DNA of 63,781 bases, filler included, from Klebsormidium nitens (GCA_000708835.1; 9 parts of 9 records of this genome joined end to end with filler, not necessarily neighbours in it); one strand, 5' to 3'; numbered from the whole stretch's first letter, positions 23,931 through 36,208 are shown. Notes: generated by a model not told the origin, from the letters alone. Made by a program: numbers and translations.

Positions 23931-26900
23931 TCCAGTGGTTGCATCAGCCCATAAGGTCGGTGACGACGATGCTTATTGCGCTGACACGTGGTACAACTCA
24001 GAACAAAAGAGGCAACATCCGCCGACAAAGATGGCCACCAGAACAGTTTACCTACTGCCCGCAAGGTTTTGCCTGTCCCATAGTGTCCGGAATAAGGGGT
24101 GTCGTGACACTCCTGCAGAATCAGAGATCGAAGATCGGGGTTATCCGGAACCACTATACAGGACCCTCTCATAACAAAACCTTGAGAGTTGACACTCAGT
24201 AGACGATTCTCTGCACTGTTTACATCTCGCAGTACAGAATCTCGCAGCAACTGGCTTTCCCGAAGGATTGCATTCCCTAAGAGTTTGGGAATGTCAAACG
24301 ACAGATCAGAATTGTCCAAGGTGTTGCTCGTCGCAGGGGCAGTCCGGCCAGACTGTTCCCCGCTAGGCGTAGTTCCCCTCCTTGTCACAGCTACCGTGAG
24401 CATAGCAGGAGTCCCTGAAAAGGGATCACAGAGCGTACCTGCCTTCCTTCCGAGATTTGTCCCGGGTTCAGTGGAAGACAGAACGACCAGAGTGTCGAGT
24501 GGATATCTGCTGAGAGGATCCGCGACGTTGTTCTTCTCGGCCCGGAATACCCATTTAATCGGGCCGAAGCGCTGAAGGAACTCAGACCACCTTGCTTGAC
24601 GTCTCGACAGAGTCGGCTGAGTCTGAAAGAATGTATTGGAGACATGGTCAGTGACTACCGTGAACGTAGCACCCTCCAAATAACATCGCCACGTCTTCAG
24701 AGCGTGAACCACAGCAAGCATTTCGCTTTCAGTTGTGTGGTAATTCTTTTCCGCGTCGTTGAGTTTTCTGGACTCGAAGGCAACAAGTTGTCCATCTTGC
24801 AGCAGCACTGCACCCAGACAAACAGCAGACGCGTCAGACACTACTTCATACGGAAGTTTCTCATTGGGCGTACGGAGGAGTGGCGCTTTAGTCAGACAGT
24901 GTTTCAGTGCAAGAAAAGACTGTCGACAGCGGTCAGTCCAAGCCCACGGAGTTTTAGCCCGAGTCAGATTAGTCAGTGGTTCAGCCAGCGAAGCGAAGTC
25001 CTTAATAAACTTCCGAAAGTAGTTAACCAGACCCAGAAATGAGCGTACGTCGTGAACGTTTAGCAGCTCCGGCCAGTCAACAACAGCAGCGACTTTCTTA
25101 GGATCAAGACGGATTCCCTTGGAATTCACGATGTGTCCTAAGAACTTAGTCTCTTCAGAAGCGAAGTTTGACTTTGACTGGCAGACGTAAAAGCGGTTTT
25201 GTCTCAGAATATCTAAGACCTGTCGAACATGCAGTTTGTGTTCTTCAGCGGTCTTAGAGTAGATCAGAATGTCGTCCAGATAGACAACGACAAAACGCCT
25301 CAGAAAAGGATGCAGAACCGAATTCATAACAGACTGAAACGTAGATGGCGCGTTGGTTAACCCCTCAATCAGAACCTTGAATTGAAAATGTCCCATTGGA
25401 GTGCGGAAAGCAGTCTTAGGACGATCTTCTTCAGAGATTAATACCTGATGGTATCCAGAAGTCAGATCAAGGCTAGTAAAGAAGTTTGATCCAGAAACAG
25501 CATCTAGCAAGTCATCGATGCGCGGAATTGGGTACCGGTTCTTAACCGTGATAGCGTTCAGAGCCCTGTAATCTACACAGAGTCGTAACCCTCTGCCGTT
25601 TGGCTCAGGTACGAAGAGAACAGGAGAGCCATACGGAGATTTAGACGGTTCCAAAATTCCTGCTTCCAGAAATGCCGTGACTTGCTTCTTGAGTTCCTCA
25701 TATTCCAGAGGAGACAACCGATACATAGGTCTAAACGGATGAGGATGTCCCGGTTCCGTAGGAATGGAATGACCTTCCTTTTGATCAGGCGGAAGCCCTA
25801 TCGGCAGAGGATCCTTGAACACATCAGAATACTCCGAGACCATTCCAGCAACCCAAGATTCCTTACCGGAAGGGGTACAGATGTCGAAACTGTCGAACGT
25901 TCCCCGAGGGGGCGGTTGACCAGGTTGATCAGAAACAACAGCAGCCAGTACTTCAGGTTCTTCGATGGGTTTGATGACGGCAAGGAACACGCTCAGGCCC
26001 TTCCTGTACGCGCGATTCATCTGCGTAGCACTGAGCACAGTTAGTGGCGTATCACTAACCTCAGGTCTGACCTCCCTGTGCAGAGGAGCTCTAGCTACGG
26101 TAACCCGCCGTCGACTCTTCTTAACCAGTACAACAAAACGCTCAAAATCCAGAATGCACTTATGGCCAGTAATGAATTTCTGACCCAGAATCACATCAAC
26201 CTCGTGGAGCAACGGCATAACAGAGCAGCGAACAGCAGACTGGAAAGTGCCCAACTTCAGATACACGTTTGCCTCGCCATCAGTGGTTACAACCTCGTTA
26301 GAGCCTAACCGAATTTGCCGAGGAGTTGGGTCAACAGAGATTCCAGTTTGCCTCGCAAACTTAGATGAAACAAAGTTCTCCGAAGCTCCAGAGTCGAATA
26401 AGATACTTGCATTCGTGCTAGCGGCCCGACCTGCAAACATCATCCGCAAACCAGGGTTAGAGTTAACCTGTTCAACAGAAAGAACTGCATGATGGATTGC
26501 ACCATCCAGAATTGCTGCAGATTCATCAGTAACAGGAGGCAGATACAAAACACGTAGGCCCTCCTTCGTCACAGTATCTTGCCAAACACCGTCAGCAGAT
26601 TGCTTACGAAAGACAGAGCCACGTGGCAGAAGCAGAATCTCGCTCCAGCCTTTCAGGAGTACAGCTGGAACAGACGCCCTGCAAGGAACAAGCAAGCATG
26701 CAGAAGTAGTCTTGCTCGCTGCAAGATACTCAGATTGAAAATACAATAACCTGTCCCTCAACTCTGCAAGAGAGGGAGCATTGATCCAGACATGCTTTGC
26801 CTTCAGAGGTTGCTTGCAGAAATCATCAGTAGGACACCACTCAGTTGCTATGGAATCAGTTGTCGATTGACTCGGAACTCCAAGATCAAAGACCTTGCCA

Positions 26901-26944
26901 GATAAAGCAATAATGCTTTTAAAGTCATCAGACGAGATGTCCAC
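23888..26944 (-). CDS. Gypsy pol ORF: Dam-like domain, aspartic protease, RT, RNase H, integrase zinc finger
   Basis: ILFDSGASENFV (catalytic D at ~26395), YGSPVLFV, LRLCVDYRALN, YLDD (25271-25282), SDASAVCLGAVL, DHVSN, ADPLSR, and HHCC (HDTPYSGH...CTTC). Confidence 0.95.
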   Translation of the reverse strand: MDISSDDFKSIIALSGKVFDLGVPSQSTTDSIATEWCPTDDFCKQPLKAKHVWINAPSLAELRDRLLYFQSEYLAASKTTSACLLVPCRASVPAVLLKGWSEILLLPRGSVFRKQSADGVWQDTVTKEGLRVLYLPPVTDESAAILDGAIHHAVLSVEQVNSNPGLRMMFAGRAASTNASILFDSGASENFVSSKFARQTGISVDPTPRQIRLGSNEVVTTDGEANVYLKLGTFQSAVRCSVMPLLHEVDVILGQKFITGHKCILDFERFVVLVKKSRRRVTVARAPLHREVRPEVSDTPLTVLSATQMNRAYRKGLSVFLAVIKPIEEPEVLAAVVSDQPGQPPPRGTFDSFDICTPSGKESWVAGMVSEYSDVFKDPLPIGLPPDQKEGHSIPTEPGHPHPFRPMYRLSPLEYEELKKQVTAFLEAGILEPSKSPYGSPVLFVPEPNGRGLRLCVDYRALNAITVKNRYPIPRIDDLLDAVSGSNFFTSLDLTSGYHQVLISEEDRPKTAFRTPMGHFQFKVLIEGLTNAPSTFQSVMNSVLHPFLRRFVVVYLDDILIYSKTAEEHKLHVRQVLDILRQNRFYVCQSKSNFASEETKFLGHIVNSKGIRLDPKKVAAVVDWPELLNVHDVRSFLGLVNYFRKFIKDFASLAEPLTNLTRAKTPWAWTDRCRQSFLALKHCLTKAPLLRTPNEKLPYEVVSDASAVCLGAVLLQDGQLVAFESRKLNDAEKNYHTTESEMLAVVHALKTWRCYLEGATFTVVTDHVSNTFFQTQPTLSRRQARWSEFLQRFGPIKWVFRAEKNNVADPLSRYPLDTLVVLSSTEPGTNLGRKAGTLCDPFSGTPAMLTVAVTRRGTTPSGEQSGRTAPATSNTLDNSDLSFDIPKLLGNAILRESQLLRDSVLRDVNSAENRLLSVNSQGFVMRGSCIVVPDNPDLRSLILQECHDTPYSGHYGTGKTLRAVGKLFWWPSLSADVASFVLSCTTCQRNKHRRHRPYGLMQPLELHLTGLLIRSVMI
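26534..26944 (-). other. Degenerate phage/DIRS-type DNA N6-adenine methyltransferase (Dam)-like domain at the N-terminus of pol
   Basis: SGKVFDL ... DFCKQPLKAKHVWINAPS (26771-26788 = WINAPS) ... TTSACLLVP ... LLPRGSVF ... VLYLPP. This mirrors the Dam pattern (FxLD...WxNPPF...AVxLVP...PxGxxLF). The NPP(F/Y) motif is altered to NAPS. Recognised by eye only. Confidence 0.6.
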
Positions 26945-26997
26945 AGCACTGTTCGAGTGTTCAGTTGCTTCATGTAGCTGTCCTACACTATCTGAAG

Positions 26998-27762
26998 CTA
27001 AGAGACATCCTTCCTGCCCTTCTTGAACTGCTTCTTAGAAACCGAGGGAGTTGTGCGCTCAGGACACTTATCAGCAAAGTGATCTGGGCTAGCACAAATG
27101 TTGCACAGCTTGTTGACTCTACGTCTCTCCTTCTCTTCCTCAGACAGCCGTTGGTTCTTGTGCCCGGAAGCTCCAGAGTTGCCTTTCCAAGGCCCAGCAG
27201 ATGCTCCACGTCCCCGAGGAGGGGATGTGAACTTGCGCTTCCCCGCCATCTTCTCAACCTTGTGACCGCCCGGCTTCCTCTCCCTTTCCAGCCTGGCCTT
27301 GATAGTCGGCCATTGGAGCGTACAATAAGAGATCAGAGAGGACAGAGACGTCCAGCGAGAGCCATCTGGCGACACCCTTGCCAGTTCCCTCAGAGCTGGC
27401 TGCAGACCAGATTTGTGCTTCTCTATCTTAACGGGCTCGTCAGTGACCTCCTTAGACAGATCGGTCATGACCTGCTCGAACTCAGAGTTGTACTCAGAAA
27501 TATCCTGATCATGACCCTGCTTAAGCTTATGATAAGCATCCCAGTAGCCCTGAACCTCTTCCTTCAAACCATAGCCAGAGTACATGGTGTCTTGGAAGAA
27601 AGCACGAGGGTCAGCAATGGGCTCTTCAGAAGATTTGCGAGCATCAAGCTTGCTCTGCCAGAATGATCTGGGCTTGCCAGACAGATGAGAGCTTGCCAGA
27701 CGCAGATAGTCAACATCAGGACAGCCTGCATAATGCTCCTCAACAATGGGAACCCATCTCCC
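26998..27762 (-). CDS. Gypsy gag (5'-truncated by gap) with CCHC knuckle
   Basis: Capsid-like LKQGHDQDISEYNSEF...KHKSGLQPAL and CNICASPDHFADKC. Stop TAG at 26998-27000. Confidence 0.9.
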   Translation of the reverse strand, partial: GRWVPIVEEHYAGCPDVDYLRLASSHLSGKPRSFWQSKLDARKSSEEPIADPRAFFQDTMYSGYGLKEEVQGYWDAYHKLKQGHDQDISEYNSEFEQVMTDLSKEVTDEPVKIEKHKSGLQPALRELARVSPDGSRWTSLSSLISYCTLQWPTIKARLERERKPGGHKVEKMAGKRKFTSPPRGRGASAGPWKGNSGASGHKNQRLSEEEKERRRVNKLCNICASPDHFADKCPERTTPSVSKKQFKKGRKDVS

Positions 27763-28912
27763 NNNNNNNNNNNNNNNNNNNNNNNNNNNNNNNNNNNNNN
27801 NNNNNNTTAATTAATTAANNNNNNNNNNNNNNNNNNNNNNNNNNNNNNNNNNNNNNNNNNNNATGAGCGTGGTGTCCTCAGATTGTTCATCCTTTATGTA
27901 CGGTTTCCACGATACCGGTAGGTACCGTAGGTATCCATGATCATTGATGGCGCTTCTGGAATCTGGGCTTCGAAGTTCGGAGACAAGCTTGGCCGTAGAT
28001 GAAGATCATACAGACAATCGATAGGCTGAACATCGAGACAAAAATCGACTCAAATCGGAAAAATCCAGAAGAGGTGCGCAGTCATTAGTGCGCACAAGGC
28101 CGCCGGAAAGGTGGCCGCCCGGGGCCTAAAAGTTTTGGAACTTCAAAGTTCAAAGTTCAAGCGACTCGAAGGCGGCCCCAGTGTACGTGGTGATACGGGA
28201 TTACAAAATCAAAGGTACTCGAGGACTACCTAGTACCTAGGTAATTATCACCAATTATTCGCAACAAACAAAGTGATCTGAGGGACTAAAAGCTCAAGTC
28301 GCAAAGAAAGATTGTTAAGAATACTAGAGGCCCCAGGTGTTTGCCTCCCGGGACAAGCTTGCTTGCTGTCATGCTCTGTAAATTCCACACGAAGAGGTAG
28401 GTCTACTTTACATGCCTATGCCCAAGCCGCATGGTAAGGCAGTCCATATGCATTTACATCCACTCCACTGCTCTGCTGTTTCTAAAAGCAAAGATAGGGG
28501 CCACAAGAACCCGCAACAAGAAGTGTCAAAGGCTCGGCGCATCACGCCATTGAGATGTTTGCGACAGCTTTGGAAACATTTGCATATGTCAGCCAGCCAT
28601 GGCAGAGAACTGGAACAGGCACATGATGCATCAAAGTGCCGTGCCAAAGCGCGCGAACATTTATGTGATTACTGAAAACGATACAACTGAACGGGCTATG
28701 GCTATATCCACTGGGTACATTCCCTGTACATGGGCTTGAGAGTCCTTTGAACATATTTTCACTGACGATATGTTGACATGAGCAAGGTACAACTTCCAGC
28801 TTGCCCCATCTTTGATGGTTCTTTACAATGCCTTGGGGCGAGATACATGAAGCAGCTTAGTGAGCAAGAACATTGCGAATGGTGACACAAAAAAGTCCGA
28901 ATTGAGTGGGGC

Positions 28913-31835
28913 TCAGTAGTATGGCCGGTATCTTGTTGGTCTTCGATACCTTGGGACCCTCCTGCAAACAGGGCATCAGGCAGCAAAATTTAGAACTACA
29001 ATACAAGGGGTCCTGGAATACAACTTCTTGAGAAGGAGCATGGAGGCAGCTCAAGTACACCATGGACTTACATAGGTCTTGTCTCTATATGTCCTGTTTA
29101 CATGTTTGTTTGCAACTCCGACCAAGGGAACATGATAACAACCAGCCATGAAGTGCCGCACTTTCCAAACTCCATATGAGATTCAAGAAGAACTTGGATG
29201 CTGTCTTGCAATACATCAGACCTTTTCCGGGTTTCATTGAAGCTCGCTCTTACCCGTAGCCTCCATACGAAGGCCTTCTGGGCCGGTAGTGAAAATTGTA
29301 ACCTCGCGGGCGTCCCCGATGCATCTTCAGGCCAGGAATGTTTGTCCTCTTCTCAGTAACCTGCAAGAACCCCCAGCCATTGCACTCTTGAGGAACATGA
29401 GAAACAACATTACATTTAACATCTGGCATCAGTATTTGGTTGACTTTAGCCTCAAAACTTAGTTCGCTGGACGCAAAAGGAGTCAAACGCCAAAATTGGA
29501 TGACAACAGAAATACCACCAGACAAGAAGGCCTAGGCCCCCAAGGCAATTTCATCTCCTGACCAGTTACTCAATGCTTTGTCCGTTAAGTTCTGACATTC
29601 GGATCAAAATCAACAAAATGGATCCGCAAGTCCAAGAGTAGGCACCCCTTGAAAACAAAACTTGCACTTCTTTGTCGATTAGAGTCCTGCTCACCTTTAT
29701 CTGTCGTCCATGCAGTTCAGACTCGTTATACTGGAGAGCTAGAGGGACAGACTCTGTGTCAACGAATTCCACATATGCGTACCTGCAAGAGCAACCTGAC
29801 ATTGTAAAGCAGGCCAGATCCATAGTGACCAAATGCACTGCTTCATTAGGCTGATATGCTCCGCAAGCCCTTGCACGAATCCAGTCCTGAGCGGGATGCA
29901 TGTAGGTCATGATGCAATTACACGACTAGATAAAGCATCGAGGTGCTGTCACAGCTGACTATAAATCAGTAAGGGACAGCCGCAAGTCGCACTCAGAACA
30001 CGAAGCTGTTGGGCCCAAAGGCCCAACAACAATTTACTCTGGGAACACATTGCTGTCCGAACACCCTTTCACTGTAAAGTGGATGCCAGACCTTCCCCCC
30101 CTTTGGTGGAAAAACAAAGGCTGTAAAGAAAAATGGACCCACCCTTTCGGCTGACCAAACGCATCGGCCAAAATAGTGACTCGATTGACAGTGCCGCACT
30201 CCTGAAAGTGTTGCTGTAATTCTTCGGGTGTGCAGGCATAGTCCACCTGCGGACGTGAACCATTGCATCATGACTGCAAGTTTGCGAGGGCAACCGGCCT
30301 TTGCTGTCCCAATTCTCAATCCCAAATTTCCAATGTCATGCCTTCGACAAAACTTTGTGCATCGACATCTCAGGCATAAGACAAGTCACCTTAGCTTGTT
30401 CAATCTAAGATGGTCCAGAAGGAGCATGGAAAGGGCAGTGGAGCTTACATTGCCAACGTAGATGGACCTAGCGTCTGCTTCTTCTTTATTTTGTTGACTG
30501 GCTGCATCCCCAACTGCACCTGAACGCCAAAAACACAGATGCCGACTCTTTCTCAGCAACAACCACCAGCCATTCTGGCCACGTACAAGCACCATTGGCT
30601 GAATTGCGGCATCCTACATTATCGCAAAGCCTGACGCATAGAGCTAACATATTCTCGGGACATTTGAGAGCTACTTAGAATTCTGACAGCTGGCAAATGG
30701 CATCAATCGAAAGCAGCCTAAAAGGCACATCAACCTACAAGGAGTGATTGCGGAAAACAAGCCAGCATTCAGCCATACCTTGAGAAGTACCACCCATCTC
30801 CTGGGCTGACTTGTCCTGCATTCTTTTGAGTGCGGCAGCCTCGGCTTCCATCTCCGCCAAACGCTTTTTCATAGCTTCGAGCTCCTGTGATTATGAAGTA
30901 TCAACACAGACTTCAAGCTCCTGTCATCCAGAAGCAACAATTCAAAAAAGTTCGGATCAACACATCATGGCTTAGGTAGAACGCCACATTCAATAGAAGC
31001 AAGCACTGTCCTCCCTTGTCCTAGATCTACCACAACCGAAGGTTCCAATTCCCAGAAAGACAGCTTTCCAAATTGTGATTGTTATTAAAGTTACCGAGGC
31101 CCTCTGCCAATGACTGCTTACTGGGAGCCATCTTGAAATTGGCACTGTAGGAAAACCACCTTCGATCACCAAAAACTGGTAATGGTCCAGCATTCGCTAT
31201 CAAAATATCAATGTAACAAACTGGCAATTCACATACAAGACCGTTGGAAATCTAGCATGCAACTTGTGATTCGAATTGTCATCAGGATCCTGAAGGGTAA
31301 TATGTGCTGTTTTGACATGCTGGCTTTAAAATGGAATGTCCACCGTTTTTTGAAAACTAGAAAGGAATAGGCGCCAAAAGAGCATTGGGTTGCATGCCTT
31401 TGTCTGCTTTAGTCAATCATGTGAAAGCTTGCAGGGATGATCACAACAACCAGGTCGGGGTCAGTTTCAGACTTCAAAATGAAAGGTCTTGATCTACAAT
31501 AATATCCGTCACTTTAGAACTTAGGTTTGTGCAATTCTGAAAGGATGCAAATCAAAGCTGCAGCATACATGTTTTATGACACAACTGACTGTGATTTGGC
31601 ATTCCTCTTGGCTCATACTCTTAGCAAAGCTTCTCCTTCGCACGAATTGCAAGGAACTGACCTTCTCTGGATCTTCTCCTTCAGTCTTCGGAGCGCTCTC
31701 CTCCCCTTCTGTTCCGCCGTGCTCTTCCTGCTCTTCCTGCTCTGTGTGACCCCCCTGCTCCTCTCCATCGCCTTCCAACTCGCCTTCTGCTTCTTCTGGC
31801 AACTCCCCAGTATAAACCTCCTCTTCCTCCGCCAT
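28913..31835 (-). CDS. PABPN1: Nuclear poly(A)-binding protein (PABPN1/PABN), ~227 aa; join(31662..31835, 30794..30884, 30449..30519, 30143..30246, 29695..29782, 29254..29360, 28913..28961)
   Basis: Acidic N-terminus, coiled coil [22 protein letters not shown] ([28 protein letters not shown]...PKGYAYVEF), KRTNIPG and Arg-rich tail [15 protein letters not shown]. All junctions are GT-AG and in frame. The exon-2 donor could be 30794 or 30791. Confidence 0.95.
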
Positions 31836-32521
31836 TCTTCTGCGACTGCGGCAATCACCTCTGCGACTAAGGCAATCAATCGGCTGTACTGTACACAGGA
31901 GCTGAGCTGCACCTTCAATGTGAATTCCTGTTCTCGTTCAACGATCCCGGCGCCCTCTTCTTCAATGCTTCATAAAACTTGCACTTCTGTCAAGTTCTGA
32001 CGTAGAAAGTTGAAACCATCATGCAGAGGTGCCATCAAACTGGAAAAGTAACATACTGCCGTTCACAGGTTCAAAATTCCGTACTTATATATAACTAATA
32101 GCCTCGGTTTTGAATTCATAGCGTGGAATATATATGTAAGGCGCACAGTTTTGTTACTTGCGAAAGGAACACGTGGGCCGTGGCGCTGCACTACCTACAT
32201 ATTTCTTGCATTGGTTTGTGGCCTCGTATGTAAACCTTTCCTGCACTCAGATTGGGGGCGGGCCGACTTATGGACAGCTTGTGTCAAGACCAGCACCTGG
32301 AACTCAAAGACCGATGTCAGCTTCCGATCGTGACCAGCTGGATTCAAATGCAGCTGACCTTTCAATGGGGCGAGGTCCTGATGTGAGAGAGAGAGGGGAG
32401 CTAAGACACGAGCTAGGTTGTTCTGCGAAGATCCATCACGAGGTGCATTTGATTGATGAGAAGGGCATCTTAGTTTTGCTTGATGCAATGCATCTTAATT
32501 ACTTAGTTGTGAGGACCTAGC

Positions 32522-35000
32522 ATGGGGCTGATGCTCACAAAAGTTAGCAGCTTAGGTCTTTTGTTGCTCTTCCTGAATTTGATTAGCACCATTTGCAGCG
32601 CAACCGAAATAGCGAACCTTGAAGGGGAGGTGTGTAAGCACTCTGCTTTAGATCTGATGCACATATGTCAATCGTTTTCTTTCTGCAAACCAAGCTCATC
32701 AGAAGGGTCTGCCCTTCCCCATCATCTGCGTATTGTTGTTGCTGCCTGCTGATGGAAGGCAAGTCAATTGGTGTAAGCATGCAGAGCTTTTCGCACTATA
32801 GTAGCAGGTATGCGGCCATTTCTTTGCCAGTCTTCCTTCATGTCAGTGTCCAGTTCTTTGCTCACTAGGGTTTGGCGTCTTTTTCACCAGGGTGGACTCC
32901 AGACAAGCTCAACGTTTTTCAATTCAAGCCGCAATCATTTTAGCAAGAGCTATATGATGGAGGGGATGGTAGGCGAGAGTGGCGGCGTCCCGGATGCATT
33001 CGTCACCAGCCTGGCCATGATACTGGTGACGGAAGTGAGCAGATCATTGCATCAATGAGCTCAGCGATCGCCCCAAGTGGTGTTGATTGTAGCCCTGAAT
33101 GCCCAAGTGATATTCTGATCAGCGACTTGTGCATCAGAAGAGAACCCATAACGCCCCAGGCTCTGCCTTTTAGTAGAAGCAAAGATCTGCTGGGCTCATG
33201 CTATCAATTTTGAGCTTCTAGATATGTGACAAAATGTTACAGTTCACCAAAACCTTGGGTGTTTTTGGTCAACAAGTGTGCCCCTTTGGTGACTCTTTCC
33301 ACGCACTTCAAGGTTTGGCCTTACACACAACTGTCTGGTCCTGCGTCCTCTGCTGTTATTTTGCGCCCTCTGAGTGTTTGACCTCTGTCTTTGCATGGTT
33401 CCAGGTCGGGGACGAGACGTTCATCATTGCTGCCCTGCTGGCAATGCGGCACTCGCGGGCCATTGTGCTGGCAGGGGCCCTCAGCGCTCTTGTTGTGATG
33501 ACTGTCCTGTCAACCGCTCTAGGATTTGTGTTGCCCAACGTCATCTCAAAGAAGCACACAAACAGGGCTGCGACAGGTACTTGTCTTGATCCCGCTGCTT
33601 GCAGCCTCTGTTGGTATTTGTTTGGCAGGTTGTCCCTTCCAGGTTTCATTTCTTCGCATCAGTTGCCATCCAAGAGAAAGCTTACAGAAGTCGGTCGACC
33701 ATCTTCACTTGTACTGGTACCCTGTTGTTAACAACAACCACGGTAGGGCCCTAAATCCAGGAGTGGGAAGAAGATGGATCCAGCCCAGTCTGACGTACAA
33801 CCTTCCTCACTGCAGTTTTGTATAGTTTCTTCGGTCTGCGTCTCCTGTACATAGCATGGAGAGCAAAGGGTGGAGCCGCTCCTGTGAATGAGGAAATCGA
33901 AGAAGTGAGTGTTGCCTACCTTTCAAAGTTGGACCACCTTTGCGGTCCCAGTTGGAGTTTGCCCTGCCCTGGTGTGTGTCGGAAGGTCTTTTTCGCTTTC
34001 AACTTTGAAGCATTCAAGAGAGGGCTCTGCAATACATAGCATTAGGCTTCAATAGATGGCAATCGACAGTCAGGCAGCTTGTCTGATAGTGGATATGTGT
34101 CAGGTTTCTTCTATAACAATTTGAAAGACTTGTAAGTCAAACAGGTTAGGATTCCCAGCAGCCAAACATGGACACAGCATCGCAACTCAAAGGAGCTGAG
34201 GTTTTGACCTTGAGGAGGCAGCTGTTTTTGGCTGGTATTTTGCAACAAAGCACCTTATCTCCTCCTCGCAGGTAGAAGATAAGCTGGGAACTGGTGTACA
34301 GAACAAGTCAGCTACCAGGCGGTTCTTTGCGAGATTGTTTACTCCAGTGTTTCTGGAGGTATGTTGCAAGTTCCCCTCAATCTTGAAGATATTCGAGCTG
34401 TCTTTTTATCCAATTCTGCACTCACGCTTTGCAGTTCGCCATGACAGTATTTCATAAAACTATCCATCACGTCCACATACTGAAGTAAGTTGTTCTGTTG
34501 TGCAGGCGTTCATTCTTACATTCTTGGCTGAGTGGGGTGATCGAAGTCAAATTGCAACCATTGCGGTGAGCATCTGATCGTTTGGCTCTGTCACCTCATC
34601 CCATGAGTGCTCCCGTTCCCATGGTTGCTGCCTGACAGACTGCTGGTACCTGCTTTGTACAATTAGCTCTGCCCTTGCAGAAGATATTCTCGACTTTGTA
34701 CACGTCCTCTTGTTTATGTTTGTTGACAGTGTTCTCCCCAAGCGGCGATCAATTGTGCTGCTTGAATCTTACCGACCTCTTTTCTGACTGTTTCGACATT
34801 CCTCGCAGCTTGCTGCTCACAAGGATCCGGTGGGTGTGACGGTGGGCGCGATACTGGGGCACACATTGTGTACCTCTTTAGCGGTTGTGGGAGGCAGGTT
34901 GTTAGCTATGCGGATATCACAACGAACTGTAGCGGCCATTGGGGGCTTCCTTTTCCTTGGTTTTGCTGTCCACTCACACTTCTACCCACCTCTCAGCTAG
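32522..35000 (+). CDS. GDT1: GDT1/TMEM165 (UPF0016) Ca2+/Mn2+ transporter, 283 aa; join(32522..32629, 32891..33034, 33405..33576, 33816..33904, 34272..34358, 34506..34565, 34809..35000)
   Basis: Both family motifs are present across splice junctions: LVTE-VGDETFIIAALLAMRH and FLAEWGDRSQIATI. N-terminal signal peptide. In-frame GT-AG junctions (852 nt). Confidence 0.95.
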
Positions 35001-36208
35001 GAGCTTTACTGACGTACGACCAACAGATGGTGAGCTTCAGCGATATTGTTAAATCGAAGGGTATTTGTGTAAACAGATTTCCTTTTTCAGTTTGAACCCG
35101 CCCATGAGAGACTTTGCCCGGCCAGCCTGTTTGCACTTTTGACGGTTCAAACCCGGACTACTACCAAGTCAAGTTCCCCGATATACGGGGACCTCAACCG
35201 AGTACCAATAAAACTTCTCAAGGTAAGCTACATCGCTCATGGAATGCAGCTGGCTGAAATCGTTCAGAAAGTCCATCACAGATTAATACCGATACCACAC
35301 TTGGGAACATGGTGAACTCGTGCTAGTCTGACACGCGCATGCAACATGTAACACAAATTGTCGACAGCCAAATGGAAACACAAGTCGGGTCAGAGTGACT
35401 GCATCACGTGCATTGTCGATGTTCACACCACATGTTTGAGATCCTTTATTGGAGTGAACGCAATATATACAATGGTGACAAACGATCTTTACATTGAATG
35501 CTTTCACTTTTCAGTCCCCCGTCGCACGACAATGCATTAATAGCATGGGCATCTTATAACTTCAAATACCGGCCGCATGTATATATGTGCAATTGCAATG
35601 TCGCGAGGGCCCCCTATATATTGAGGCATCATGAATCCATAATCCAACAGTGCAATATATCATACATTTAGCTAATTGCAATTCATGGGCATTGCAGCAA
35701 TACATCTAGCTTAGTGCTATTCCGAACACAATCATTCTAGATCAAAACATATGGCACATGTACGAGCAATACAATGAATCCTAATCACTCGATATTGTCA
35801 TTCAAATTTTCCGACGGCACCCTGAACGTTGATGAATTAATTCTGAATAAAGTTTACATGTGCACACGCCACTAAGGAGGACCATACCGTGCATCGAACT
35901 TCGTGCACGAATGAGATCTATGCAGCCAAAGAGGGGATATTTGACCACCACCAAAGTAGGCTCGAGTGGAATGACTGAATATGCAATCATTCGTGATCTA
36001 TGAGGAATGCTAGTGGCTGCTCTTCAAGATACCATCGGTTTTGCCCAATGAATCTTAAGCTACGTTTTCAATCTGTATGCAACTCCTAACATGCAATTGA
36101 GCAAAGAATGCGTGCAGACTGCAATGTTGTCCTAAACCTTGCCAAAGAATGACAGGTATGAAACTTACCCTATTTGTAATTGCTTCTTTACATGTTCGCT
36201 TTTGTTTG

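Larger units (their letters stand above)
22163..27762 (-). mobile_element. Chromodomain-bearing Ty3/gypsy (chromovirus-like) retrotransposon, 5' end lost in gap, frameshifted
   Basis: Order gag - [Dam-like] - protease - RT - RNase H - integrase - chromodomain - PPT - LTR. Frameshifts near 23930 and 23040. Confidence 0.95.
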
